Positions 31,638 through 41,980 are shown, counted from the first letter of the stretch. The stretch is DNA of 50,781 nt from Hyphomicrobiales bacterium (GCA_043739165.1 JAYUEP010000082.1:1-50781); one strand, 5' to 3'. Notes: generated from the letters alone by a model not told the origin. Numbers and translations are program-made.

Positions 31638-32234
31638 GTGGAAGAAACAAGCACACCAAAACCCTATCACCATGGCGATCTTCATGAGCGCCTGATTGCG
31701 GCCGGCGAAGAGGCGCTGGCCGAAATGGCGGTGGAGCAAGTCTCCTTGCGTGAGATCGCCCGCCGCGCCGGCGTGTCGCATGCCGCCCCCAAACACCACT
31801 TCCCAACCATGGGCCATCTGCTCGGCGAAATCGCTGCGCGTGGCTTCGAAAGCTTCGTTACGGCGCTGGCGAACGCCGCACAAGATTCGCCATCGCAAAC
31901 CGCCGAGGCCCGGCTTCTGGCCATGGGCAGGGCCTATCTGCATTTTGCTGCAGCGCGTCCAGCGGCCTATCAATTGATGTTCGGCGCGCGCAACCAATGC
32001 GCCATGACGCCCCGCCTTGTCGGCACATCCTTTGCGGCATGGAGCCAATTGGTTGAAGCCGTCGAGGAAATTACAGGCCCCGCCCGCGCGCAAGCGGCGG
32101 GGCTTCACGTGTGGTCCTGCGTACACGGATTATCTATGTTGAAACACGCGCACAGGCTTCCGCTCGAAATGCCGTTGCACAGCCTTGAGGAGCAAATGCT
32201 GCACATGATGATGGTTGGTGTAAAGGCCGAATGA
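31638..32234 (+). CDS. TetR/AcrR family regulator (WHG-type C-terminus)
   Basis: YHHGDL, SLREIARRAGVSHAAP, WSCVHG. Confidence 0.92.
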   Translation: MEETSTPKPYHHGDLHERLIAAGEEALAEMAVEQVSLREIARRAGVSHAAPKHHFPTMGHLLGEIAARGFESFVTALANAAQDSPSQTAEARLLAMGRAYLHFAAARPAAYQLMFGARNQCAMTPRLVGTSFAAWSQLVEAVEEITGPARAQAAGLHVWSCVHGLSMLKHAHRLPLEMPLHSLEEQMLHMMMVGVKAE

Positions 32235-32980
32235 TCTCGCTTTCCACCCTGGCACTTTTGGCCCTCACGGCGCTTGTTGCGGGCTTTGTTGATTCCATTG
32301 CCGGTGGCGGAGGGCTCTTGTGCTTGCCAGCACTTTTGCTGGCGGGGCTGGACTCAGTCACAGCACTGGCCACCAATAAGTTGCAAGGCACTTTCGGAAC
32401 GGCTTCGGCCAGCGCCACATTTTGGCAAAAAGGCCTGCTGAAACCACAGGCGCATCTCACCACAATCGCCATGGTCTTTGTCGGCGCGGCCTTGGGTGTG
32501 GCGGCGGTGGCCTACGCGCCAAAGCAATTTCTCAATGCCGCCCTGCCGCCCTTGTTGATTTTGATTGCCCTCTACTTTGCCTTGGCACCCCGCCTCAGTC
32601 ACGAAGACACAAAGCCAAAACTGCCCTCGCCTGCATTCACCTATGTCTTTGCACCGCTGATCGGATTCTACGACGGCATCTTCGGCCCCGGAACGGGCTC
32701 CTTCTTCATGCTGTCGCTGGTCACACTCTTCGGCCTTGGCCTGATTGAAGCCACGGGCCGCACCAAGCTGTTCAATTTCACCTCCAACATTGCAGCGCTT
32801 CTGATGTTTGCGGCAGGTGGAAAAATCCTGTGGCTGACTGGCCTGGTAATGGGCCTCGCCCAAATCATCGGTGCGCAACTGGGCGCTAGACTGGCCATCA
32901 AAAACGGCTCAAGAATCATCAGGCCCTTGCTGGTGATCGTCTCTCTTGCCATGGCGGCAAAACTTATGTGGGCACGTTAG
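32231..32980 (+). CDS. TauE/SafE (TSUP, YfcA-like) transporter
   Basis: AGFVDSIAGGGGL, ATNKLQ, GFYDGIFGPGTGSF. Confidence 0.92.
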   Translation: MISLSTLALLALTALVAGFVDSIAGGGGLLCLPALLLAGLDSVTALATNKLQGTFGTASASATFWQKGLLKPQAHLTTIAMVFVGAALGVAAVAYAPKQFLNAALPPLLILIALYFALAPRLSHEDTKPKLPSPAFTYVFAPLIGFYDGIFGPGTGSFFMLSLVTLFGLGLIEATGRTKLFNFTSNIAALLMFAAGGKILWLTGLVMGLAQIIGAQLGARLAIKNGSRIIRPLLVIVSLAMAAKLMWAR

Positions 32981-32986
32981 GCAAAG

Positions 32987-33556
32987 TCACTGCATCCACC
33001 AGTGGCCCACATCAATGCTCAACGCGTGATAAAGCTCGCGCACCCCAAGATGCGCGCAACCCGTGTCGATGACACTGAGAAGCACCGGGCTGTCGGCCTC
33101 ATTGAAACGGTAGTAGTAACCCCACACACCCTGTTCACATTCCGGCCAAGCGATACGGGCCCGCAAGGCGACGGCTCCGGCATCGATCTTGATTGATGTT
33201 GCCTGATCTTGTGCGCTGAGCCCGAACAAAGGATTTCCCATCACCAATGCAATAGTTTTGACTGCACCGCCATCGCGTTCAAACAGTGAAGTGCCAGACC
33301 CATTTTCACCGCAACACGGCGCAATGATTACAAACTCATGCCCATGCGCAGCTTTGAAGAAAGTGAAATGAACATCGCGCCGCGCTTGTGCCGATGCCAA
33401 CCCCGCCGCAGCGAGTGCGGTGCTTGGAACATTGCCGGTGTCATCAACAGTTTCAATTTCACCAGGCGCCAGTTGTGGCCAAGGCACATCATTGGCCAGT
33501 GCAGGAATTGCACAGCCCACCATCGTACTCAATACGATGGCGAGGCATGCCCTCAC
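32987..33556 (-). CDS. Hypothetical exported protein
   Basis: 189-aa ORF with a signal peptide-like N-terminus; GTGA overlap with the gcdH stop. Confidence 0.6.
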   Translation of the reverse strand: MRACLAIVLSTMVGCAIPALANDVPWPQLAPGEIETVDDTGNVPSTALAAAGLASAQARRDVHFTFFKAAHGHEFVIIAPCCGENGSGTSLFERDGGAVKTIALVMGNPLFGLSAQDQATSIKIDAGAVALRARIAWPECEQGVWGYYYRFNEADSPVLLSVIDTGCAHLGVRELYHALSIDVGHWWMQ

Positions 33557-34746
33557 GAAAATGCCTGCAGCCCCGTTTGTGCCCGCCCAAGGATCAGCGC
33601 ATGGACATCGGCTGTGCCTTCATAGGTGTTGACGGTTTCAAGGTTCACCATGTGACGGATCACGTGATACTCATCCGAGATGCCGTTGCCGCCGTGCATA
33701 TCCCGCGCCATGCGCGCGATATCGAGAGACTTCAGGCAATTGTTGCGCTTCATCAGTGATATGGCTGGCGGTGCCATCGTGCCGCGCTCCAGGCCGCGCC
33801 CCAGGGCGAGGCACCCGTGCAGGCCCAGAGTAATTTCAGTTTGCATCTGGGCTAGTTTCATTTGGATCAGCTGCGTGGCCGCCAGCGGCTTGCCAAACAT
33901 CTTGCGGTCCAACGTATATTGCCGCGCCCTGTGCCAGCAATCTTCCGCCGCCCCCAAGACACCCCAGGCAATGCCGAAGCGCGCTTTGTTCAAACATGAA
34001 AACGGCCCGCCCAATCCCTTGGCCTTGGGCAGCATCGCGCCCTCAGGCACTTCAACATTGTCAAGAACGATCTCGCCCGTGATTGAAGCGCGCAGTGAAA
34101 CCTTGCCCTTGATTTCCGGTGTGGAGAAACCTTTGGCCCCGCGCTCAACCACAAAGCCGCGAATATCGCCCGCCTCATCCTTGGCCCAGACCACGGCAAT
34201 GTCCGCAATCGGCGAATTGGTGATCCACATCTTGGCACCATTCAACACATAACCGTCGGATGTTTTCTTGGCGCGTGTGGTCATGCCGCCGGGATCAGAA
34301 CCAGCATCAGGCTCCGTCAACCCAAAACAACCGATCATTTCTGCGCTGGCCAGCTTGGGCAGATATTTCTTCTTCTGTTCTTCGCTGCCGAATTCTTCAA
34401 TGGGATGCATGACAAGTGAGTTCTGCACACTCATCGCGGAGCGATAGCCAGAATCCACCCGTTCAATTTCGCGCGCCACAAGGCCGTAAGCCACATAGCC
34501 AAGCCCGGCACCACCATAGTGCTCGCCCGTCATCATGCCGAGAAAGCCCATGGCCCCCAACTCGCTCATGATCTCTCGGTCAAACCGCTCTTCACGAAAG
34601 GCCATTTTCACCCGCGGTTGCAACTTGTCAGCCGCGAAAGCCCGTGCCGCATCGCGAATCATCTTTTCTTCGTCGGTCAATTGGCTTTCCAGATCGAGTG
34701 GGTCTTCCCAATTGAAATCCGCCAGTTTTGCCATTGCTTCACCCAT
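33553..34746 (-). CDS. gcdH: Glutaryl-CoA dehydrogenase
   Basis: [45 protein letters not shown]. Confidence 0.9.
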   Translation of the reverse strand: MGEAMAKLADFNWEDPLDLESQLTDEEKMIRDAARAFAADKLQPRVKMAFREERFDREIMSELGAMGFLGMMTGEHYGGAGLGYVAYGLVAREIERVDSGYRSAMSVQNSLVMHPIEEFGSEEQKKKYLPKLASAEMIGCFGLTEPDAGSDPGGMTTRAKKTSDGYVLNGAKMWITNSPIADIAVVWAKDEAGDIRGFVVERGAKGFSTPEIKGKVSLRASITGEIVLDNVEVPEGAMLPKAKGLGGPFSCLNKARFGIAWGVLGAAEDCWHRARQYTLDRKMFGKPLAATQLIQMKLAQMQTEITLGLHGCLALGRGLERGTMAPPAISLMKRNNCLKSLDIARMARDMHGGNGISDEYHVIRHMVNLETVNTYEGTADVHALILGRAQTGLQAFS

Positions 34747-35292
34747 TCACTTGATCAAAGCCGAAAGCGCCTTGAATTCCGGCGTGCCTGCTTTGCCCGC
34801 CAATTCAAAGATCGCCATTTCCACGTTGATCACGTGAACACCTTGCGCCCGCATTCGCACCAGTGCCAGATCAACGGATTCCTCAGACCGCGAGGAAACG
34901 GCATCGGCCACTACGAAAACCTCAAATCCGGCCCTGCGCAAATCCAGCGCCGATTGCAACACGCAAACATGCGCCTCAATCCCGCCAATCACCACATGCT
35001 TGAAGCCGCTCTCTTCCATTTTGGTGAAATGGCTTTTGAGATTTTCGCTGCGCCACACGGAAAACGCCAGCTTGTCAAAAATCATCGCACCCCTGTGTTC
35101 AAGCTCAGGGATCGTCGGTCCCAAGCCCTTGGGATATTGTTCCGAAACAATGATCGGCAGATCAAGCTTCTCGGCGGCTTGCAGCAACACCGCGCAATTC
35201 TCGGCCACGCGCTCTGGTTCATGCATCACGGGCAAAAGCCGTTCTTGAACATCCACCAACAGGAGGCAGGCTTTGGAAGCTTCAATCAGCAT
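34747..35292 (-). CDS. Isochorismatase family hydrolase
   Basis: VDVQERL, SEQYPKGLG.T, GIEAHVCVLQS. Confidence 0.9.
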   Translation of the reverse strand: MLIEASKACLLLVDVQERLLPVMHEPERVAENCAVLLQAAEKLDLPIIVSEQYPKGLGPTIPELEHRGAMIFDKLAFSVWRSENLKSHFTKMEESGFKHVVIGGIEAHVCVLQSALDLRRAGFEVFVVADAVSSRSEESVDLALVRMRAQGVHVINVEMAIFELAGKAGTPEFKALSALIK

Positions 35293-37384
35293 CAGCTTTC
35301 CCCCAAGCTTTGAGGCCGAAGGCATAAACCTCGGCCACTTCCTTCAAGCGCTCAAACCGGCCCGACGCACCACCATGCCCCGCTGTCATAATTGTTTTCA
35401 GCATCAACACATTGTTGTTGGTCTTGAGCGCCCGCAACCGCGCCACCCATTTGGCCGGCTCCCAATAGGTGACGCGCGGGTCAGTCAATCCACCCACCGC
35501 CAAAATGTTGGGATAGGCTTGTTCGCGCACATTGTCTGTGGGTGAATAGCTGGCGATGGTTTTATAGGCGGCCTCGCTGGTAATGGGATTGCCCCATTCC
35601 GGCCATTCCGGGGGCGTCAAAGGCAGCGTGTCATCCAGCATGGTGGTCAACACATCAACAAACGGCACTTCGGCAACAATGGCACCGAAAAGCTCTGGTG
35701 CCATGTTGGTCACGGCCCCCATCAACATGCCGCCCGCACTGCCGCCTTGCGCCACGATCATGCCAGCAGAGGTGAAGTTCTCGGCGATGAGATAGCGCGC
35801 CGAAGAAATGAAATCCTTGAACGTGTTGGTCTTGTGTTCAAGCTTGCCCTGCTTGTACCAGCGCCGTCCCTTCTCCTGCCCGCCGCGAATATGCGCGATG
35901 GCGTAAACAAAGCCGCGATTGACCAGTGAAAGCACATTGCTGTTGAAACCTGCGGGCATCGACATGCCGTAAGAGCCATAGCCATAAAGCCACAGCGGCG
36001 CCGTGCCATCAAGCTGGGTGGATGTATGGTAGAGCAGGGTGACAGGGATCATCTCGCCATCGTGCGATGGCGCCATCACGCGCCGCGCTTTATAGTCGGG
36101 GGGGTTGTGGCCTGAAGGAATTTCCTGCGTCTTGCGCAAGTCACGGGTCCGTGTCCGCATGTTATAGTCAAAAACTTGCGCAGGCGTGGTCGGCGATGAG
36201 TAACTGAAACGCAGAATATCAGTCTCAAATTCGCGCATCTCGCCAAAGCCCAGGGAATAGGCCTCTTCTTCGAATGCGATCTGGTGTTCTTCGCCTGAGT
36301 GCATGTTACGGATCACCAAGCGGGGCAGGGCGTTCTCGCGCTCCAGCCGCACCATCCAATCCTTGAACACGCCAAAGCCAACAATGAAAATGCCGGGTCG
36401 GTGGGGGATCAAGTCTTTCCAATGGGTCAAGTCTGGCGCATCGAGGGGTGCCTCCACGATCTTGTAATCGTCAGCGCCGCCCGCATTGGTCTTGATGATA
36501 AAGCGGTCATGCCAATGTTCAAGATCATATTCGATCTTGGCTGTGCGGGAGACAACGAGTTTTGGTTTGCTCTTGGGTTTCGCCGCATCGATCAGCCAGA
36601 CCTCGGACGTGTCATGATCATGAATGTCGATCTTGATGAATTTCTCGGAAGCCGTCTGGTCCACATCAGTAAAAAGCCCCGTGTCTTTCTCGGTGTAGAC
36701 CAGAACATCATCGGCCTGTTTCGTGCCCAGCACATGGCGATAGGTCTTGAGGGGGCGGTGGTTGCTGTCTTGCAGCGTGTAGAAGAAGCTCTTGCCGTCA
36801 GCGGTCCAGACGGCATCACCTGCCGTGTTCTTTAAACGCTCACGCTTGTCTTTGCCCGTTACAAAATCACGCACACGAATTTCATAAAACTCAGAGCCAT
36901 TGTCGTCGAACGACCACGCTGCCAGCTTGTGATCTGGCGTCAGCGCGATGTCACCCAGCGAGAAATAATCAAGGCCCTTGGCCAGCACGTTGCAATCAAA
37001 CAACAGCTCCGCCTTGCCACCCGCTTTCAGCTTGCGCCAATACAAGGGATACTGGCTGCCTTTTTTATAACTCGAATAATAGTAGTAATCGTCCTGCGGC
37101 GCGGGCACGGAACTGTCATCGGCCTTGATGCGGCCCTTGAGTTCGGCAAACAGCTTTTTCTGCAAGGGTGCGGTGTCGGCCATCTGCGCCTTGAAGTAGC
37201 GGTTTTCCGCCTCAAGATAGGTACGAATGTCCTTGGGCAAGGCCTCCGGCTTGTGCATCACCTCTTGCCAGTTTTCAGCCTTCAACCATTTATAGTCGTC
37301 ATGCTTTTTAAAGCCGTGCCAGGTCTCGGCAGTGGGCACACGCTTGGCCACCGGGGCGGCAATCTGTTTCACGAGTTTCTTCAT
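35282..37384 (-). CDS. ptrB: Oligopeptidase B (S9A)
   Basis: YGYGSYG, GGSAGG nucleophile, EWGNP, DPRV, GHGG. Confidence 0.9.
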   Translation of the reverse strand: MKKLVKQIAAPVAKRVPTAETWHGFKKHDDYKWLKAENWQEVMHKPEALPKDIRTYLEAENRYFKAQMADTAPLQKKLFAELKGRIKADDSSVPAPQDDYYYYSSYKKGSQYPLYWRKLKAGGKAELLFDCNVLAKGLDYFSLGDIALTPDHKLAAWSFDDNGSEFYEIRVRDFVTGKDKRERLKNTAGDAVWTADGKSFFYTLQDSNHRPLKTYRHVLGTKQADDVLVYTEKDTGLFTDVDQTASEKFIKIDIHDHDTSEVWLIDAAKPKSKPKLVVSRTAKIEYDLEHWHDRFIIKTNAGGADDYKIVEAPLDAPDLTHWKDLIPHRPGIFIVGFGVFKDWMVRLERENALPRLVIRNMHSGEEHQIAFEEEAYSLGFGEMREFETDILRFSYSSPTTPAQVFDYNMRTRTRDLRKTQEIPSGHNPPDYKARRVMAPSHDGEMIPVTLLYHTSTQLDGTAPLWLYGYGSYGMSMPAGFNSNVLSLVNRGFVYAIAHIRGGQEKGRRWYKQGKLEHKTNTFKDFISSARYLIAENFTSAGMIVAQGGSAGGMLMGAVTNMAPELFGAIVAEVPFVDVLTTMLDDTLPLTPPEWPEWGNPITSEAAYKTIASYSPTDNVREQAYPNILAVGGLTDPRVTYWEPAKWVARLRALKTNNNVLMLKTIMTAGHGGASGRFERLKEVAEVYAFGLKAWGKADAD

Positions 37385-37566
37385 TTGCAATTAATTTTCA
37401 ACGCCGGATGAATGGGGTCAGGCTGGTTGGCTTTGGTCATGTGGGATGAGTCTCTCTCCGAAAGAATTTACCTTCCGTTTACCATGGCCGCAACCATTGT
37501 TGGCGTTAATGCAACCCACGGGCGATAATTAATCATATTTGAAGCGTTCCCGCGCTTTGGTGCCAG

Positions 37567-39228
37567 GTGATGGGTGAGAATTTATCGATAGCTGTCGGCT
37601 TGAATGACAGTTTTGGCGGTCACATCGGCGCGGGTGATACCCAGCGCCGCAGTGTGAGCGCGGACTCATTCCGCAGGCTGACCGCACTTTTAAAAAAGCC
37701 TGCCGCGTCTTCAGCACCATCCATTCCCGATCTGCAATTTGCACCACTGTTTGCTCCCGCACCGATTGCGCGCGAGCAGACAGAAACAGATGACGATCAA
37801 TCGCAATTCAATATTCACGCCGAACTCGCAACGGAGCTGGTTTCTGCGCCAATGATTGCTGAATCTGCTGCCGCCGTCGAAATAGAAGTTTCAATTCCAG
37901 TTACTGCGGCCCAAGCGCCTCTCGTTCCAGAAATGTTTGGGGTAGCTCCTGGGCCTGTAGCCCATGATCAGGCCGTTGAACAGCCTGCCGAGCCAAAACG
38001 CGAGGCAGTTATCGAAAATGCCACGCCAGAGCCAATCGTCGAAACGAAGCCCGAGCTTGCGCAACTACATGCGGCTTCTCATCTCTCCATGCCAAAGCGC
38101 CTGTTGTACAGCCGCAAGACCCAGGATGATTTCAACCAGCTACCGGACCCAGGTCGCTTCAAACGCAACACCAAAGCGCCAGCTGCACCTCCTGCCCAGA
38201 CACCAGAGCAGGAAGCCGACAAGACTGAACTGGCGCGCTCGCTACTTGATATGATGGCGGCCAGTGCTGGTGGTGGCCAGCCTCAGGAACGGGCGCTGGC
38301 GGCAGACACATTGCTGCGCATGCTGCCGCAACTTTCACCGAAGATGCGCACAACTTTGGCCAAGCGTCTCGCCATCATGGAGGCCCCACCGCCCTTTCTC
38401 GTCTCGCGCTTGATCGGCGAGTCTGATCTTTCCATTGCAGGCCCGTTGCTCGAAGATTGTTCGCATATTCCGGACGAAGACCTTTTCGCCGTGATTGAGA
38501 AGGCAGACGTTGCCAAGTGTCGTCTTCTGGCGCGGCGACGCAAGATCTCACGGCCCGTTGCCGAAGCGCTGGCCCGGTCAAAAGATGGCTCGGTGCTGCT
38601 GACGCTGGCTCGCAATCAAGGTGCTGAAATTCCGCAAGAAGGCTTTGCCGCCTTGGCCGCCAATGTCGGAGACAATCCGGAACTCCTGGCGCCGCTCTGC
38701 ACCCGCAGCGATCTGCCCGTCCACTTTGCTTTCGAACTGTTCTGGTTGGCACCAGCGCAACTGCGCCGCTATTTGCTCTCTCGCTTCCTGACCGATTCAG
38801 AAATGCTCACCAAGATTTTGAAAATCACCATGGGTACCGAGGCTGAATCTGCTGAACCAACCCAAATCTTGGAGTTGAGCACCATTGGCCATGCCATGGA
38901 ACAGGTGATGGGCAACGAGCGCGAAGCAGGCATGCGAACCCTTGCAACAGCTGGCAAAGTGAACGTGGCCACCGTGGAGCGCATCTTTTCAGATGCGCAG
39001 GGCGAACCGTTGATGGCTCTGCTTAAATCAATCGGTGTGCCGCGCAGCGAAGTTGAAAAAGCCCTGCCGTTAATGGCGCAAGGCAACGCGCCTGTGATTG
39101 ATCCGCAACGCAGCCTTGATGAAGTGCAAGCCGTGTTTGACCAACTGTCCTTCAATAAGGCCCGCATTCTTCTCACCTATTGGGACTGGGCTTCGACCCA
39201 CAGCGGCCCCTATGCGCCCGCACATTGA
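37567..39228 (+). CDS. DUF2336 domain protein with long low-complexity N-terminus
   Basis: C-terminal ERALAADTL..IAGPLL..LARN..A pattern; Pro/Ala/Glu-rich N-terminus. Confidence 0.75.
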   Translation: MMGENLSIAVGLNDSFGGHIGAGDTQRRSVSADSFRRLTALLKKPAASSAPSIPDLQFAPLFAPAPIAREQTETDDDQSQFNIHAELATELVSAPMIAESAAAVEIEVSIPVTAAQAPLVPEMFGVAPGPVAHDQAVEQPAEPKREAVIENATPEPIVETKPELAQLHAASHLSMPKRLLYSRKTQDDFNQLPDPGRFKRNTKAPAAPPAQTPEQEADKTELARSLLDMMAASAGGGQPQERALAADTLLRMLPQLSPKMRTTLAKRLAIMEAPPPFLVSRLIGESDLSIAGPLLEDCSHIPDEDLFAVIEKADVAKCRLLARRRKISRPVAEALARSKDGSVLLTLARNQGAEIPQEGFAALAANVGDNPELLAPLCTRSDLPVHFAFELFWLAPAQLRRYLLSRFLTDSEMLTKILKITMGTEAESAEPTQILELSTIGHAMEQVMGNEREAGMRTLATAGKVNVATVERIFSDAQGEPLMALLKSIGVPRSEVEKALPLMAQGNAPVIDPQRSLDEVQAVFDQLSFNKARILLTYWDWASTHSGPYAPAH

Positions 39229-39348
39229 GTGCAATTGCCAATCGTAAATAAATCCTAAATTTTTGGTCGCCGACTCTTGCGGATCACGAATCGTGGATTC
39301 ATAACTGGGGCAGGCGAATTGCAGGGGCGATTCGGGTGTGGGGCGGCA

Positions 39349-39852
39349 ATGTCTAAGAAAACGGAATGCAGCGCGTTTCGCGCGCAGCTCGTCGTGCCAG
39401 AGCATCGACAGCTATATGACTATTGGCTGTTGTGCTGTGCCGGGCGGGCGATACCAACAAGACAGGATATCAAGCCGAGCCAGATGGCAAGGCTGCTGCC
39501 GGGCATCAGCCTGGTGGATGTCGCCGAGGATTTGGCGCGCAGCACCATTCGCCTCGCCGGAACACGGCTGCGCGAAATTCATGATCGTGAAATCACCGGC
39601 CAGACCATTGACAGCTTGGAATGGGGCGACAAGCGTGACTATTGGCTGGCAGCCTATCGCCACACGGTGGAACGCTGTGAGCCGACACAAGGTGTCCTCA
39701 AGGGCCCACGTGTTCAGAAAGAACACATGGTGCAATATTGGCTGCGCCTGCCGTTGAGCCGCGAAGAGGGCGGCAGGGCCGATATGGTGCTGGGCTATGA
39801 TTTCTTTGTGCCCGCTGCGGACCGCTATGCGCCCCAGCTGCAGATCGCCTGA
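39349..39852 (+). CDS. PAS (PAS_5-type) domain protein
   Basis: LYDYW....GR..P.R.DI.P, RLAGT, LRLPL motifs. Confidence 0.8.
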   Translation: MSKKTECSAFRAQLVVPEHRQLYDYWLLCCAGRAIPTRQDIKPSQMARLLPGISLVDVAEDLARSTIRLAGTRLREIHDREITGQTIDSLEWGDKRDYWLAAYRHTVERCEPTQGVLKGPRVQKEHMVQYWLRLPLSREEGGRADMVLGYDFFVPAADRYAPQLQIA

Positions 39853-39905
39853 GAAGCAACCCTTCCGGCAATTGCCTCGAAATGTGAAAGAGTAAAAAAT
39901 TCCTA

Positions 39906-39934
39906 TTGAATTCTTGCGCAAAGAATGACATATA
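39906..39934 (+). promoter_or_regulatory. Sigma70-type promoter, originally of the DUF6456 gene
   Basis: TTGAAT-N17-CATATA; the spacer region contains the inverted repeat ATTCTT-N5-AAGAAT. Confidence 0.5.
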
Positions 39935-39951
39935 TTTTGGCGATATTATAC

Positions 39952-39980
39952 TTGACGGACCCATATTAATTTCCTATATT
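39952..39980 (+). promoter_or_regulatory. Transposase promoter with its -35 inside IRL
   Basis: TTGACG-N17-TATATT, followed by a GGAG RBS before the ATG at 40001. Confidence 0.6.
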
Positions 39981-40000
39981 GCCTACTTAGGAGATTGATC

Positions 40001-40924
40001 ATGCCGTCCGTCCTTTCAGCCAAGCATTTTCACGATGAACAAGCCGCCTACAAATTCCTAGAAGCGAGGGTTTGGCCCCATGGTCCGACCTGTCCGCATT
40101 GTGGTGGCACCGAGCGCATTTCCAAGATGGAAGGCGAGAGCACCCGCATAGGCTGCTACAAGTGCTATCAATGCCGTTCTAAGTTCACTGTGAAGGTTGG
40201 CACCGTGTTCGAGTCCAGCCATGTGAAGTTGCACATCTGGTTGCAGGCTGTGGCGCTTCTCACTTCCAGCAAGAAGGGCATTTCCTCTAACCAGCTTCAC
40301 CGCATTTTGGGCGTCACCCTCAAAACTGCTTGGTTTATGTCGCATCGCATCCGCGAAGCCATGAACCCCGCTGGCATGGGCTTGATCGGCGGCGAAGGTA
40401 AAATCGTGGAAACCGATGAAACCTATTTTGGGGACAAGGAACACGTCACCAAGCGCACCAAGAAGGGCAAGAGCGGCCTTTCCAGCAAGCGTGCTGTGGT
40501 TGCCCTTGTGGAACGCGATGGCAAGTCTCGGACCTTCTATGCCCCGCAGATCACCAAGCTAACCATGAACCAGATCATTACTGAAAACCTGCACCCCGCA
40601 TCAACCCTGCACACCGATGAGAGCATGCTTTATCGTGACGCCGCCACCATGGCCAATGAACATGCAGCGGTTCACCATACCAAGGGCGAGTACGTGCGCG
40701 GAACTGTCCACACCAACACCGTGGAAGGCTATTTCAGCATTTTCAAACGCGGCATGAAGGGCGTATATCAGCATTGCAGTGAAAAGCATTTGCAGCGTTA
40801 TCTCGCTGAGTTTGATTTCCGCTACAGCAATAGGCAGGCCCTTGGTGTTGATGATACCGACCGGGCCGAACTTGCTGTGAAGGGCATCGTGGGCAAACGC
40901 CTCACCTATCGAACGATTAACTGA
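40001..40924 (+). CDS. IS1595 family transposase
   Basis: Zn ribbon CPHC..CYQC, KKGISS, KTAWFM.HRIR, DETY, TDE, HTNTVEG..S.FKR, YL.EF.FR. Confidence 0.96.
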   Translation: MPSVLSAKHFHDEQAAYKFLEARVWPHGPTCPHCGGTERISKMEGESTRIGCYKCYQCRSKFTVKVGTVFESSHVKLHIWLQAVALLTSSKKGISSNQLHRILGVTLKTAWFMSHRIREAMNPAGMGLIGGEGKIVETDETYFGDKEHVTKRTKKGKSGLSSKRAVVALVERDGKSRTFYAPQITKLTMNQIITENLHPASTLHTDESMLYRDAATMANEHAAVHHTKGEYVRGTVHTNTVEGYFSIFKRGMKGVYQHCSEKHLQRYLAEFDFRYSNRQALGVDDTDRAELAVKGIVGKRLTYRTIN

Positions 40925-40938
40925 GGGGCCAAAGCCCT

Positions 40939-41112
40939 ATGCCATCAAAAACAAAGCCAAAGGCTATAAAGCGAAAAGACGAAGATAAGACACAGCGCGA
41001 GCGGTTTATAGAAGCCGCTCGTGCTGTTGGCGTTGATGAGACGGGTAAAGAGTTTGAAAAAGCCCTTAGAAAGTTAGTGCCACCTACTTTGCAAGCGCGA
41101 AAAGAGTCTTAG
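40939..41112 (+). CDS. Small 57-aa basic protein inside the IS1595 element
   Basis: Not in the ORF track; MPSKTKPKAIKRKDEDKTQRERFIEAARAVGVDETGKEFEKALRKLVPPTLQARKES*, preceded by GAGG. Confidence 0.7.
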   Translation: MPSKTKPKAIKRKDEDKTQRERFIEAARAVGVDETGKEFEKALRKLVPPTLQARKES

Positions 41113-41920
41113 AAGCGGTTTCTAGGTTGCCAGAGACTTTGCAAAAATCAGCGCTTATGGCCTTGAGGCGTTCAGCCGTCCAATTGATAGTCCAATTCTC
41201 TCTGCCCTTAAAAAGCGCCCTGCTATCGGCGCGAATTGGCCTACCTTCCCTCATATTCTGGTAAGACTTGCGAACATGCCAGGCTATAAGATCGCCCGCC
41301 TGTGCAGGCTCGGAACATTCTTTCTTAACAAATGAATGGCTGGAAACTCTGTTTTTCCCACGCCAACTTTCCTTCGAGAACGCCCTGAGAAGTTCAGCCG
41401 ATCTTGGTTCGGTCTTATATCCGTTTTCGAAAAAGAGTGAAATTTGGTGGTCGGGTTTGTTTTTCTCCACCCAATTATTTACATGCACGAAAGCGCTCCA
41501 AACCATAAAAGTGTAAGGGTCACAGTCAAACCCTTGGTTCTGTAGAATTTCTCGATACTCCGCCTGATCAAGAACATAGCAATGGCCATGCAGAGGGTAA
41601 GTCCTCGCAAGCCTGATGGCTTCTCGGGCGCATAAGTCACATTCTTCCGATGATAAATGTGAAAACTTATCACAATTGTTATTGCATTCGGCCATATGAA
41701 AATATGGGACCCGATACAAAGTATTCATCGCCTGCCACTCAGGAATGAATTTTTCTAGGCCTGCTTTATCTAATGCGTATCCGCAGACAGCAAGCAAACC
41801 GTTGTTTGCGTCACCATCAGTACTTTCATCGAAAAAGGCGCTAATCAGCACGGCTATCCTCTTACCGCTGCCGATACTATTGAAAATCTGTAGGAAGATG
41901 GAATCGGAAGCGCTACTCAT
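41084..41920 (-). CDS. DUF3800 family protein (IS passenger)
   Basis: AFFDES near the N-terminus, FHM, QAGDLIAW near the C-terminus; AT-richer than host genes. Confidence 0.75.
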   Translation of the reverse strand: MSSASDSIFLQIFNSIGSGKRIAVLISAFFDESTDGDANNGLLAVCGYALDKAGLEKFIPEWQAMNTLYRVPYFHMAECNNNCDKFSHLSSEECDLCAREAIRLARTYPLHGHCYVLDQAEYREILQNQGFDCDPYTFMVWSAFVHVNNWVEKNKPDHQISLFFENGYKTEPRSAELLRAFSKESWRGKNRVSSHSFVKKECSEPAQAGDLIAWHVRKSYQNMREGRPIRADSRALFKGRENWTINWTAERLKAISADFCKVSGNLETASKTLFALAK

Positions 41921-41980
41921 TTAGCACCTTGGGTCCGCAAAGTACAATATCGCGTATATTTTCCTAGAAAGGGAAAATAT

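Larger units (their letters stand above)
39939..41954 (+). mobile_element. IS1595-family element with passenger gene (2016 bp)
   Basis: IRL GGCGATATTATACTTGACGGACCCA (39939-39963) vs reverse complement of IRR CGCGATATTGTACTTTGCGGACCCA (41930-41954), 21/25 identical; direct repeat TATATTTT at 39931-39938 and 41955-41962. Confidence 0.95.
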
